A DNA stretch of 64,000 nucleotides from Centroscyllium fabricii (Eukaryota), in NCBI GenBank assembly GCA_051313645.2, contig JBNRSN020000031.1, positions 4,898,001 to 4,962,000 on the forward strand, read 5' to 3'. Under the pieces are notes generated by a model. It was not told the DNA's origin and made no database searches. It worked only from the letters and a program-made list of their open reading frames with translations. Below, piece by piece: positions 41,736 to 54,000 of this stretch (positions are counted from its first letter, which is position 1; each line of letters starts with the position of its first letter). Made by a program: the position numbers and the translations under genes.

Positions 41736-43780
41736 TCAGGTCCACTTCCCTGCCCGCTCCCCGTAACCCTTAATTCCCTTGTCTGCTAAAAAACAGTCTA
41801 TTTCCATTTTAAATTTATTTAATGTTCCCGCTTCCACAGCTCCCTGAGGCAGCAAATTCCATAGATTAACCGCCCTCTGAGTGAAGAAGTTTCTCCTCAT
41901 CTCAGTTTTAAAAGAGCCCCCCCTTATTCTAAGACTATGCCCCCTAGTTCTGGTCTCCCCGATCATTGGAAACATCTTTAGCGCATCCACCCGATCAAGG
42001 CCCCTCACGATCTTATACGTTTCAATAAGATCGCCTCTCATTCTTCTGAACTCTAATGAGTAAAGTCCCAGCCTATTTAACCTTTCCTCATATGACAACC
42101 CCCTCATCCCTGGAATTAACCGTGTAAACCTTCTCTGCACTGCCTCCAGAGCAAGTACATCCTTTCTTAAGTATGGACACCAAAACTGCACACAGTATTC
42201 CAAATGCGGTCTCACCAATACTGTGTACAGCTGCAGCAAAACCTCCCTGTTTTTATACTCTATCCCCCTAGCAATAAAGGCTAAGACTCCATTGGCCTTC
42301 CTAATCACTTGCTGCACCTGCATACTAACTTTTTGTGATTCATGCACTAATACCCTCAGGTCCCTTTGCGTTGTATTACCACGCAGCTCCTCCCCATTTA
42401 GAAAATAACTTGCTCTATGATTTTTTTTCCCAAAATGTATAACTTCACATTTACCAGTATTAAATTTCATCTGCCAAATCGCTACCCACTCACCTAGCTT
42501 ATCTATGTCCGTTTGCAGGCTTTTTCTGTCCTCCTCACTCCCTGCTTTTCCTCCCATTTTTGTGTCATCTGCAAACTTTGATATATTACACTTGGTCCCC
42601 TCCTCCAAATCATTTATATAGATTGTAAACAGCTGGGGTCCCAGCACCGACCCCTGCGGAACACCACTAGTCACCGATTGCCATCCCGAGTATGAACCAT
42701 TTATCCCAACTCTCTGCTTCCTGTTTGAAAGCCAATCCTCTACCCATGCTAATATATTACCCCCAATCCCGTAATTTTTTATTTTAAGCAATAGTCTCTT
42801 ATGTGGCACCTTGTCAAAAGCCTTTTGGAAGTCCAAGTATACCACATCCACCAGTTCCCCTTTATCCACCCGAGATGTTACATCCTCAAAGAATTCGAGC
42901 AAATTAGTCAAACATGACTTCCCCTTCGTAAAACCATGCTGACTCTGTCCGATTAAGTTATGTTTATCCAAATGCCCCGTCAGTATTTCTTTAATTATGG
43001 TCTCCAACATTTTACCCACCACGGATGTTAGACTAACCGGTCTATAGTTACCAGCCTTCTGTCTACTTCCCTTTTTAAATATAGGTGTTACATTAGCCAT
43101 TTTCCAATCCACCGGGACCCTTCCTGACTCCAGGGAGTTTTGGAAAATTATCACCAATGCATCTACAATCCCCACCGCTATTTCTCTCAAGACCATAGGA
43201 TGTAATCCATCAGGCCCAGGGGATTTATCCGCCTTAAGTCCCATTAATTTACCTAATACCATCTCCTTAGTGATCTTAATAGTGCTTAGCTCCTCCATTC
43301 CTATAGCCCCCTGTTTATCCAGCGTTGAAATATTTTTAATGTCTTCTACAGTAAAGACTGATACAAAATATTCGTTTAATGCTTTTGCCATCTCCATGTT
43401 CCCCACCAACAAATTCCCAGTCTCACCCTCCAATGGACCATCATTCGCCTTAGCCACTCTTTTTCTTTTTATATAACTATAAAAACTCTTGCTATTAGTT
43501 TTTATATTTTTCGCTAATTTACTTTCATAATCTATTTTCCCCTTCTTAATTAAACTCTTTGTTATTTTTTGCTGACTTTTAAATGCTTCCCAATCTTCTG
43601 TCTTCCCACTGTATCTGGCTACCTTATATGCCCTTGCCTTTAGCCAAATACTACCCTCTATTACTTTACTTAGCCATGGTTGGCTGTCCTTTCCTTTACC
43701 CCTTTTTTTCTTCAGTGGAATGTATTTTTCTTGAAAGTTGTACACTAACTCCTTAAAAGTACACCACTGCTCATGTACCG
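41736..43780 (-). CDS. CR1 ORF2, N-terminally truncated (no endonuclease), RT frame uninterrupted
   Basis: KSPGPDGLHP, NYRPVSLTS, QHGFTKGKSCLTNL, YLDFQKAFDKVPH, GVPQGSVLGP, FADD and LVRPHLEYC. The frame extends upstream of the listed start (TVHEQWCTFKE) to the junction, so the listed start codon is not genuine. Confidence 0.93.
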
Positions 43781-43781
43781 T

Positions 43782-43964
43782 CTATTATATTCACGTAATC
43801 ACATGCTGAGTTATCATTGGCCCACAGGCATCTGTAAGGACTACCTATTATATTCACGTAATCATATGCTGAATTATCATTGGCCCACAGGCATCTGTAA
43901 GGACTACCTATTATATTCACGTAATCACATGCTGAGTTATCATTGGCCCACAGGCATCTGTAAG
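43782..43964. repeat. Three satellite monomers between the CR1 and the hAT element
   Basis: Near-consensus 63-bp units. Confidence 0.97.
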
Positions 43965-44264
43965 CAGTGTTGGCTGTGAGCGCGCTAAATGAGCGGGCGT
44001 TCACGAGCGCGTTCACATTTTCGTGAACGCTGAACGAGCGTGCTCTTTCCCAGCAGCCTGAGCGAAAACGTGAGCGTCGCTCGCTTTGGAGGGTGTGAGC
44101 GGCGCTCTCGCGCTTTGTGACGACAAATGCATGCGCAGATCATCTCCACGAGTCTGAATCGCTGCTGGCGTCTCCTGAACGGTGAGTGTGCCGGACCTGC
44201 TGGCTGATCTGATCTGATCTCATTGCTCTCTCGCCTGTACTGAGTGCTCTGCGGGGCTTTTTGC

Positions 44265-44269
<5 letters not shown>

Positions 44270-44297
<28 letters not shown>
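44270..44297. repeat. (TC)14 microsatellite inside the hAT element
   Basis: Read directly from the sequence. Confidence 0.97.
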
Positions 44298-44305
44298 CTG
44301 CCTAT

Positions 44306-44678
44306 TTAGAAAGATAGGAGCAGGAGTAGGCCATTCAAGCCTGCTCCACCATTCAATGAGATCAGCTGATCATCCAAACCCTGTAACCCGCCCCTGCCCT
44401 CTCCCCATATCCCTATTGAGCCTACACTGACACATATCCCACCATATCCCCGTAACCCCACATATTCAATCCCCCTAACACTAAGGGTCAATTTATCATG
44501 GCCAATCAACCTAACCCGCACATCTTTGGACTGTGGGAGGAAACCAGAGCACCCGGAGGAAACCCACGCAGACACGGGGAGAATGTGCAAACTCCACACA
44601 GATAGTACCCGAGGCTGGATTTGAACCCAGGTCTCCAGTGCTGTGAGACAGCAGTGCTAAGCACTGTGCCACCATCCC
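44306..44678 (-). mobile_element. tRNA-derived V-SINE (HE1-like) with a CR1-derived 3' tail, nested in the hAT element
   Basis: The minus strand has a tRNA-like head with A and B boxes, then the V-domain TGTGTGGAGTTTGCACATTCTCCCCGTGTCTGCGTGGGTTTCCTCCGGGTGCTCTGGTTTCCTCCCAC. The tail at 44314-44371 is homologous to the CR1 3' ends in this window. Possible 5-bp TSD CCTAT (44301-05/44680-84). Confidence 0.9.
44617..44671 (-). promoter_or_regulatory. Internal RNA polymerase III promoter of the SINE
   Basis: A-box TGGCACAGTGC (44671-44661) and B-box GGTTCAAATCC (44627-44617) at tRNA-like spacing. Confidence 0.82.
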
Positions 44679-45096
44679 ACCCTATATACTCAGCCTGTGT
44701 ATATACATACAGACAGTTCTCTATATCGGATATTTGTTCCTCCTGCTTCATAATTTGCATTGCTCCAAACTGACTCTACCCCACAGGAAACTACTGACAC
44801 AATGATTCAGTGATAAAACTTATAAAGTAATCAGCTTCTATTATTCTTTAATGGGCTGTAGCAATGATTGGGGGCTGTCAGTGGATGGATAAGAGGATGT
44901 TCTATTGAAAAATAATAGATCGGGGCAGCGCATTAGAAGAAAGAAACATTTTTTTTTTTCAACTAGTTCATTTTTGAGCTGCGAACTTAAGATCAAAATT
45001 CAAAATTATGAACTATGAAATTGAACTAGTTCATTTTAAAATCATTGAACTGAACTTTGAGCTAGCTCTTGTTAAGTGTGAACTTTCCCAACAATG

Positions 45097-48000
45097 TCTG
45101 TAAGGACTACCTATTATATTCACGTAATCATATGCTGAATTATCATTGGCCCACAGGCATCTGTAAGGACTACCTATTATATTCACGTAATCACATGCTG
45201 AGTTATCATTGGCCCACAGGCATCTGTAAGGATTAACTATTATATTCACGTAATCACATGCTGAGATATCATTGGCCCACAGGCATCTGTAAGGACTACC
45301 TATTATATACACGTAATCACATGCTAAGTTATCATTGGCCCGCAGGCATCTGTAAGGACTACCTATTATATTCACATAATCACATGCTGAATTATCATTG
45401 GCCCACAGGCATCTGTAAGGACTACCTATTATATTCACGTAATCACATGCTGAGTTATCATTGGCCCACAGGCATCTGTAAGGACTACCTATTATATTCA
45501 CGTAATCACATGCTGAGTTATCATTGGCCCACAGGCATCTGGAAGGATTACCTATTATATTCACGTAATCACATGCTGAATTATCATTGGACCAAAGGCA
45601 TCTGTAAGGACTACTATTGTATTCACGTAATCACATGCTGAGTTATCATTGGCCCACAGGCATCTGTAAGGACTACCTATTATATTCACGTAATCACATG
45701 CTGAGTTATCATTGGCCCACAGGCATCTGTAAGGACTACCTGTTATATTCATGTAATCACATGCTGAGATATCATTGGCCCACAGGCATCTGTAAGGACT
45801 ACCTATTGTATTCAATTAACCAAATGCTGAGTTATCATTGGCCCACACGCATCTGTAAGGACTACTATTGTATTCATGTAATCACATGCTGAGTTATCAT
45901 TGGCCCGCAGGCATCTGTAAGGACTACCTATTATATTCACGTAATCACAAGCTGAGTTATCATTTGCCCACAGGTATCTGTAAGGACTACTATTATATTC
46001 ATGTAATCACATGCTGAGTTATCATTGGCCCACTGGCATCTGTAAGGACTAATATTGTATTCACGTAATCAAATGCTGAGTTATCATTGGCCCACAGGCA
46101 TCTGTAAGGACTACTATTGTATTCAATTAACCAAATGCTGAGTTATCATTGGCCCACAGGCATCTGTAAGGACTACTATTGTATTCACGTAATCACATGC
46201 TGAGTTATCATTGGCCCGCAGGCATCTGTAAGGACTACATATTATATTCACGTAATCACACGCTGAGTTATCATTGGCCCACAGACATCTGTGAGGACTA
46301 CTATTATATTCACGTAATCACATGCTGAGTTATCATTGGCCCACTGGCAACTGTAAGGACTACAATTGTATTCACGTAATCAAAGGCTGAGTTATTATTG
46401 GTCCACAGGCATCTGTAAGGATTACCTATTATATTCACATAATCACATGCTGAGTATCATTGGCCCACAGGCATCTGTAAGGACTACTATTGTATTCACG
46501 TAATCACATGCTGAGTTATCATTGGCCCGCAGGCATCTGTAAGGACTACCTATTATATACACGTAATCACATGCTGATTTATCATTGGCCCACAGGCATC
46601 TGTAAGCACTACCTATTATATTCACGTAATCACATGCTGAGTTATCATTGGCCCACAGGCATCTGTAAGGATTACCTATTATATTCACGTAATCACATGC
46701 TGAGATATCATTGGCCCACAGGCATCTGTAAGGACTACCTATTATATTCACGTAATCACATGCTAAGTTATCATTGGCCCACAGGGATCTGTAAGGACTA
46801 CCTATTATATTCACGTAATCACATGCTGAATTATCATTGGCCCACAGGCATCTGTAAGGACTACCTATTATATTCACGTAATCACATGCTGAGTTATCAT
46901 TGGCCCACAGGCATCTGTAAGGACTACCTATTATATTCACGTAATCACATGCTGAGTTATCATTGGCCCACAAGCATCTGGATGGATTACCTATTATATT
47001 CACGTAATCACATGCTGAATTATCATTGGACCAAAGGCATCTGTAAGGACTTCTATTGTATTCACGTAACCACATGCTGAGTTATCATTGGCCCACAGGC
47101 ATCTCTAAGGACTACCTATTATATTCACGTAATCACATGCTGAGTTATCATTGGCCCACAGGCATCTGTAAGGACTACCTGTTATATTCATGTTATCACA
47201 TGCTGAGATATCATTGGCCCACAGGCATCTGTAAGGACTACCTATTGTATTCAATTAACCAAATGCTGAGTTATCATTGGCCCACAGGCATCTGTAAGGA
47301 CTACTATTGTATTCACGTAATCACATGCTGAGTTATCATTGGCCCGCAGGCATCTGTAAGGACTACCTATTATATTCACGTAATCACACGCTGAGTTATC
47401 ATTTGCCCACAGGTATCTGTAAGGACTACTATTATATTCACGTAATCACATGCTGAGTTATCATTGGCCCACTGGCATCTGTAAGGACTACTATTGTATT
47501 CACGTAATCAAATGCTGAGTTATCATTGGCCCACAGGCATTTGTAAGGACAACTATTGTTTTCATGTAACCACATGCTGAGTTATCATTGCCCCGCAGGC
47601 ATCTGTAAGGACTACCTATTATATTCACGTAATCACATGCTGAGTTATCATTGGCCCACAGGCATCTGTAAGGACAACTATTATATTCACGTAATCATAT
47701 GCTGAGTTATCATTGGCCCACAGGCATCTGCAAGGACTACCTATTATATTCACGTAATCATATGCTGATTTATCATTGGCCCACAGGCATCTGTAAGGAC
47801 TACCTATTATATTCACGTAATCACATGCTGAGTTATGATTGGCCCACAGGCATCTGTAAGGACTACCTGTTATATTCATGTAATCACATGCTGAGTTATC
47901 ATTGGCCCACAGGCATTTGTAAGGACTACCTATTATATTCACGTAATCACATGCTGAGTTATCAGTGGCCCACAGGCATCTGTAAGGACTACCTATTATA

Positions 48001-51000
48001 TTCACGTAATCACATGCTGAGATATCATTGGCCCACAGGCATCTGTAAGGACTAACTATTATATTCAGGTAATCACATGCTGAATTATCATTGGCCCAAA
48101 GGCATCAGTAAGGACTACCTATTATATTCACGTAATCACATGCTGAGTTATCATTGGCCCACAGGCATTTGTAAGGACAACCAATTATATTCTCGTGATC
48201 ACATGCTGAGTTATCATTGGCCCACAGGCATCTGTAAGGACTACTATTGTATTCAATTAACCAAATGCTGAGTTATCATTGGCCCACAGGCATCTGTAAG
48301 GACTACTATTGTATTCACGTAATCACATGCTGAGTTATCATTGACCCACAGGCATCTGTAAGGACTACCTATTATATTCACGTAATCACATGCTGAGTTA
48401 TCATTGGCCCACTGGCATCTGTAAGGACTACTATTGTATTCACGTAATCAAAGGCTGAGTTATTATTTGTCCACAGGCATCTGTAAGGACTACCTATTAT
48501 ATTAACGTAATCACATGCTGAGTATCATTGGCCCACAGGCATCTGTAAGGACTACTATTGTATTCACGTAATCACATGCTGAGTTATAATTGGCCCGCCG
48601 GCATCTGTAAGGACTACCTATTATATTAACGTAATCACATGCTGAGTATCATTGGCCCACAGGCATCTGTAAGGACTACTATTGTATTCACGTAATCACA
48701 TGCTGAGTTATAATTGGCCCGCCGGCATCTGTAAGGACTACCTATTATATTCACGTAATCACATGCTGAGTTATCATTGGCCCACAGGCATCTGTAAGGA
48801 CTACTATTATATTCACGTAATCATATGCTGAGTTATCATTGGCCCACAGGCATTTGTAAGGACTACCTATTATATTCACGTAATCACATGCTGTGTTATC
48901 ATTGGCCCACAGGCATCTGTAAGGACTACATATTATAATCACGTAATCACATGCTGAGTTATCATTGGCCCGCAGGCATCTGTAAGGACTACCTATTATA
49001 TTCACGTAATCACACGCTGAGTTATCATTTGCCCACAGGTATCTGTAAGGACTACTATTATATTCACGTAATCACATGCTGAGTTATCATTGGCCCAATG
49101 GCATCTGTAAGGACTAATATTGTATTCACGTAATCAAATGCTGAGTTATCATTGGCCCACAGGCATCTGTAAGGACTACTATTGTATTCACGTAATCACA
49201 TGCTGAGTTATCATTGCCCCGCAGGCATCTGTAAGGACTACCTATTATATTCACGTAATCACATGCTGAGTTATCATTGTCCCACAGGCATCTGTAAGGA
49301 CTACTATTTTATTCACGTAATCATATGCTGAGTTATCATTGGCCCACAGGCATCTGTAAGGACTACCTATTATATTCACGTAATCATATGCTGAGTTATC
49401 ATTGGCCCACTGGAATCTGGAAGGACTACCTATTATATTCACGTAATCACATGCTGAATTATCATTGGCCCAAAGGCATCTGTAAGGACTACCTATTATA
49501 TTCACGTAATCATATGCTGAGTTATCATTGGCCCACAGGCATTTGTAAGGACTACCAATTATATTCACGTGATCACATGCTGAGTTATCATTGGCCCACA
49601 GGCATCTGTAAGGACTACTATTGTATTCAATTAACCAAATGCTGAGTTATCATTGGCCCACAGGCATCTGTAAGGACTACTATTGTATTCACGTAATCAC
49701 ATGCTGAGTTATCATTGGCACGCAGGCATCTGTAAGGACTACATATTATATTCACGTAATCACACGCTGAGTTATCATTGGCCAACAGGCATCTGTGAGG
49801 ACTACTATTATATTCACGTAATCACATGCTGAGTTATCATTGGCCCACTGGCATCTGTAAGGACTACTATTGTATTCACGTAATCAAAGGCTGAGTTATT
49901 ATTGGTCCACAGGCATCTGTAAGGACTACCTATTATATGCACGTAATCACATGATGAGTATCATTGGCCCACAGGCATCTGTAAGGACTACTATTGTATT
50001 CACGTAATCACATGCTGAGTTATCATTGGCCCACAGGCATCTGTAAGGACTACCTATTATATTCACGTAATCGCATGCTGAGTTATCATTGGCCCACAGG
50101 CATATGTAAGGATTACCTATTATATTCACGTAATCACATGCTGAGATATCATTGGCCCACAGGCATCTGTAAGGTCTACCTATTATATTCACGTAATCAC
50201 ATGCTAAGTTATCATTGGCCCGCAGGCATCTGTAAGGACTACCTATTATATTCACGTAATCACATGCTGAATTATCATTGGCCCACAGGCATCTATAAGG
50301 ACTACCTATTATATTCACGTAATCACATGCTGAGTTATCATTGGCCCACAGGCATCTGTAGGGACTACCTATTATATTCACGTAATCACATGCTGAGTTA
50401 TCATTGGCCCACAAGCATCTGGATGGATTACCAATTATATTCACGTAATCACATGCTGAATTATCATTGGACCAAAGGCATCTGTAAGGACTACTATTGT
50501 ATTCACGTAATCACATGCTGAGTTATCATTGGCCCACAGGCATCTGTAAGGACTACCTATTATATTCACGTAATCACATGCTGAGTTATCATTGGCCCAC
50601 AGGCATCTGTAAGGACTACCTGTTATGTTCATGTAATCACATGCTGAGTTATCATTGGCCCACAGACATTTGTAAGGACTACCTATTATATTCACGTAAT
50701 CACATGCTGAGTTATCATTGGCCCACAGGCATCTGTAAGGACTACCTATTATATTCACGTAATCACATGCTGAGATATCATTGGCCCACAGGCATCTGTA
50801 AGGACTAACTATTATATTCAGGTAATCACATGCTGAATTATCATTGGCCCAAAGGCATCTGTAAGGACTACCTATTATATTCACGTAATCACATGCTGAG
50901 TTATCATTGGCCCGCAGGCATTTGTAAGGACTACCAATTATATTCACGTGATCACATGCTGAGTTATCATTGGCCCACAGGCATCTGTAAGGACTACTAT

Positions 51001-54000
51001 TGTATTCAATTAACCAAATGCTGAGTTATCATTGGCCCACAGGCATCTGTAAGGACTACTATTGTATTCACGTAATGACATGCTGAGTTATCATTGACCC
51101 GCAGGCATCTGTAAGGACTACATGTTATATTCACGTAATCACACGCTGAGTTATCATTGGCCCACAGGCATCTGTAAGGACTACTATTATATTCACGTAA
51201 TCACATGCTGAGTTATCATTGGCCCACTGGCATCTGTAAGGACAACTATTGTATTCACGTAATCAAAGGCTGAGTTATTATTTGTCCACAGGCATCAGTA
51301 AGGACTACCTATTATATTCACGTAATCACATGCTGAGTATCATTGGCCCACAGGCATCTGTAAGGACTACTATTGTATTCACGTAATCACATGCTGAGTT
51401 ATAATTGGCCCGCCGGCATCTGTAAGGACTACCTATTATATTCTCGTAATCACATGCTGAGTTATCATTGGCCCACAGGCATCTGTAAGGACTACTATTA
51501 TATTCACGTAATCATATGCTGAGTTATCATTGGCCCACAGGCATTTGTAAGGACTACCTATTATATTCACGTAATCACATGCTGTGTTATCATTGGCCCA
51601 CAGGCATCTGTAAGGACTACCTATTATAATCACGTAATCACATGCTGAGTTATCATTGGCCCGCAGGCATCTGTAAGGACTACCTATTATATTCACGTAA
51701 TCACACGCTGAGTTATCATTTGCCCACAGGTATCTGTAAGGACTACTATTATATTCACGTAATCACATGCTGAGTTATCATTGGCCCACAGGCATCTGTA
51801 AGGACTACCTATTATAATCACGTAATCACATGCTGAGTTATCATTGGCCCGCAGGCATCTGTCAGGACTACCTATTATATTCACGTAATCACACGCTGAG
51901 TTATCATTTGCCCACAGGTATCTTTAAGGACTACTATTATCTTCACGTAGTCACATGCTGAGTTATCATTTGCCCACTGGCATCTGTAAGGACTAATATT
52001 GTATTCACGTAATCAAATGCTGAGTTATCATTGGCCCACAGGCATCTGTAAGGACTACTATTGTATTCACGTAATCACATGCTGAGTTATCATTGCCCCG
52101 CAGGCATCTGTAAGGACTACCTATTATATTCACGTAATCACATGCTGAGTTATCATTGGCCCACAGGCATCTGTAAGGACTACTATTTTATTCACGTAAT
52201 CATATGCTGAGTTATTATTGGCCCACAGGCATCTGTAAGGACTACCTATTATATTCACGTTATCATATGCTGAGTTATCATTGGCCCACAGGCATCTGGA
52301 AGGACTACCTATTATATTCATGTAATCACATGCTGAGTTATCATTGGCCCACAGGCATCTGTAAGGACTACCTGTTATATTCATGTAATCACATGCTGAG
52401 TTATCATTGGCCCACAGGCATCTGTAAGGACTACTATTATATTCACGTAATCACATGCTGAGTTATCATTGGCCCGCAGGCATCTGTAAGGACTACCTAT
52501 TATATTCACGTATTCACACGCTGAGTTATCATTGGCCCCCAGGCATCTGTAAGGACTACTATTATATTCACGTAATCACATGCTGAGTTATCATTGGCCC
52601 ACTGGCATCTGTAAGGACTACTATTATATTCACGTAATCACATGCTGAGTTATTATTGGTCCACAGGCATCTGTAAGGACTACCTATTATATTCATGTAA
52701 TCACATGCTGAGTATCATTGGCCCACAGGCATCTGTAAGGACTACTATTGTATTTACGTAATCACATGCTGTGTTATCATTGGCCCGCAGGCATCTGTAA
52801 GGACTACCTATTATATTCACGTAATAACATGCTGAGTTATCATTGGCCCACAGGCATCTGTAAGGACTGCCTATTATATTCACGTAATCACATGCTGAGT
52901 TATCATTGGCCCACAGGCATCTGTAAGGATTACCTATTATATTCACGTAATCACATGCTGAATTATCATTGGACCAAAGGCATCTGTAAGGACTACTATT
53001 GTATTCACGTAATCACATGCTGAGTTATCATTGGCCCTCAGGCATCTGTAAGGACTACCTAATATATTCACGTAATCACATGCTGAGATATCATTGGCCC
53101 ACAGGCATCTGTAAGGACTACCTATTGTATTCAATTAACCAAATGCTGTGTTATCATTGGCCCACAGGTATCTGTAAGGACTACTATTATATTCACGTAA
53201 TCACATGCTGTGTTATCATTGGCCCACAGGCATCTGTAAGGACTACCTATTATAATCACGTAATCACATGCTGAGTTATCATTGGCCCGCAGGCATCTGT
53301 AAGGACTACCTATTATATTCACGTAATCACACGCTGAGTTATCATTTGCCCACAGGTATCTGTAAGGACTACTATTATATTCACGTAATCACATGCTGAG
53401 TTATCATTGGCCCACTGGCATCTGTAAGGACTAATATTGTATTCACGTAATCAAATGCTGAGTTATCATTGGCCCACAGGCATCTGTAAGGACTACTATT
53501 GTATTCACGTAATCACATGCTGAGTTATCATTGCCCCGCAGGCATCTGTAAGGACTACCTATTATATTCACGTAATCACATGCTGAGTTATCATTGGCCC
53601 ACAGGCATCTGTAAGGACTACTATTATATTCACGTAATAATATGCTGAGTTATCATTGGCCCACAGGCATCTGTAAGGACTACCTATTATATTCACGTAA
53701 TCACATGCTGAGTTATCATTGGCCCACTGGCATCTGTAAGGACTACTATTGTATTCACGTAATCAAAGGCTGAGTTATTATTTGTCCACAGGCATCTGTA
53801 AGGACTACCTATTATATTAACGTAATCACATGCTGAGTATCATTGGCCCACAGGCATCTGTAAGGACTACTATTGTATTCACGTAATCACATGCTGAGTT
53901 ATAATTGGCCCGCCGGCATCTGTAAGGACTACCTATTATATTCACGTAATCACATGCTGAGTTATCATTGGCCCACAGGCATCTGTAAGGACTACTATTA

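Larger units (their letters stand above)
41455..43781 (-). mobile_element. 5'-truncated CR1-clade LINE, ~2.3 kb
   Basis: AACATAAG-type tail at 41455-41472, a ~280-bp 3'UTR, and ORF2 from the linker through the RT to the stop. The satellite resumes at 43782 with about 3 bp of target missing and no TSD. Confidence 0.97.
43965..45096. mobile_element. Non-autonomous hAT-superfamily DNA transposon
   Basis: 8-bp TSD TCTGTAAG (43957-43964 and 45097-45104). Termini CAGTGTTGG...CCAACAATG match 8/9 as an inverted repeat. Clustered subterminal motifs at both ends. No transposase ORF. Confidence 0.9.

Noticed and set aside
44606-44678. Functional tRNA gene
   Set aside because: A and B boxes are present, but the region runs straight into a V-SINE body and CR1 tail and lacks a convincing acceptor stem.
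43985-44760. Short ORFs inside the hAT element as a possible transposase
   Set aside because: They are under 100 aa, lack BED/DDE motifs, and derive from subterminal repeats and SINE sequence.
9987-45104. Site-specific targeting of the satellite by the elements
   Set aside because: The five insertion points fall at different monomer positions and involve unrelated families with one copy each. There is no evidence of specificity within this window.
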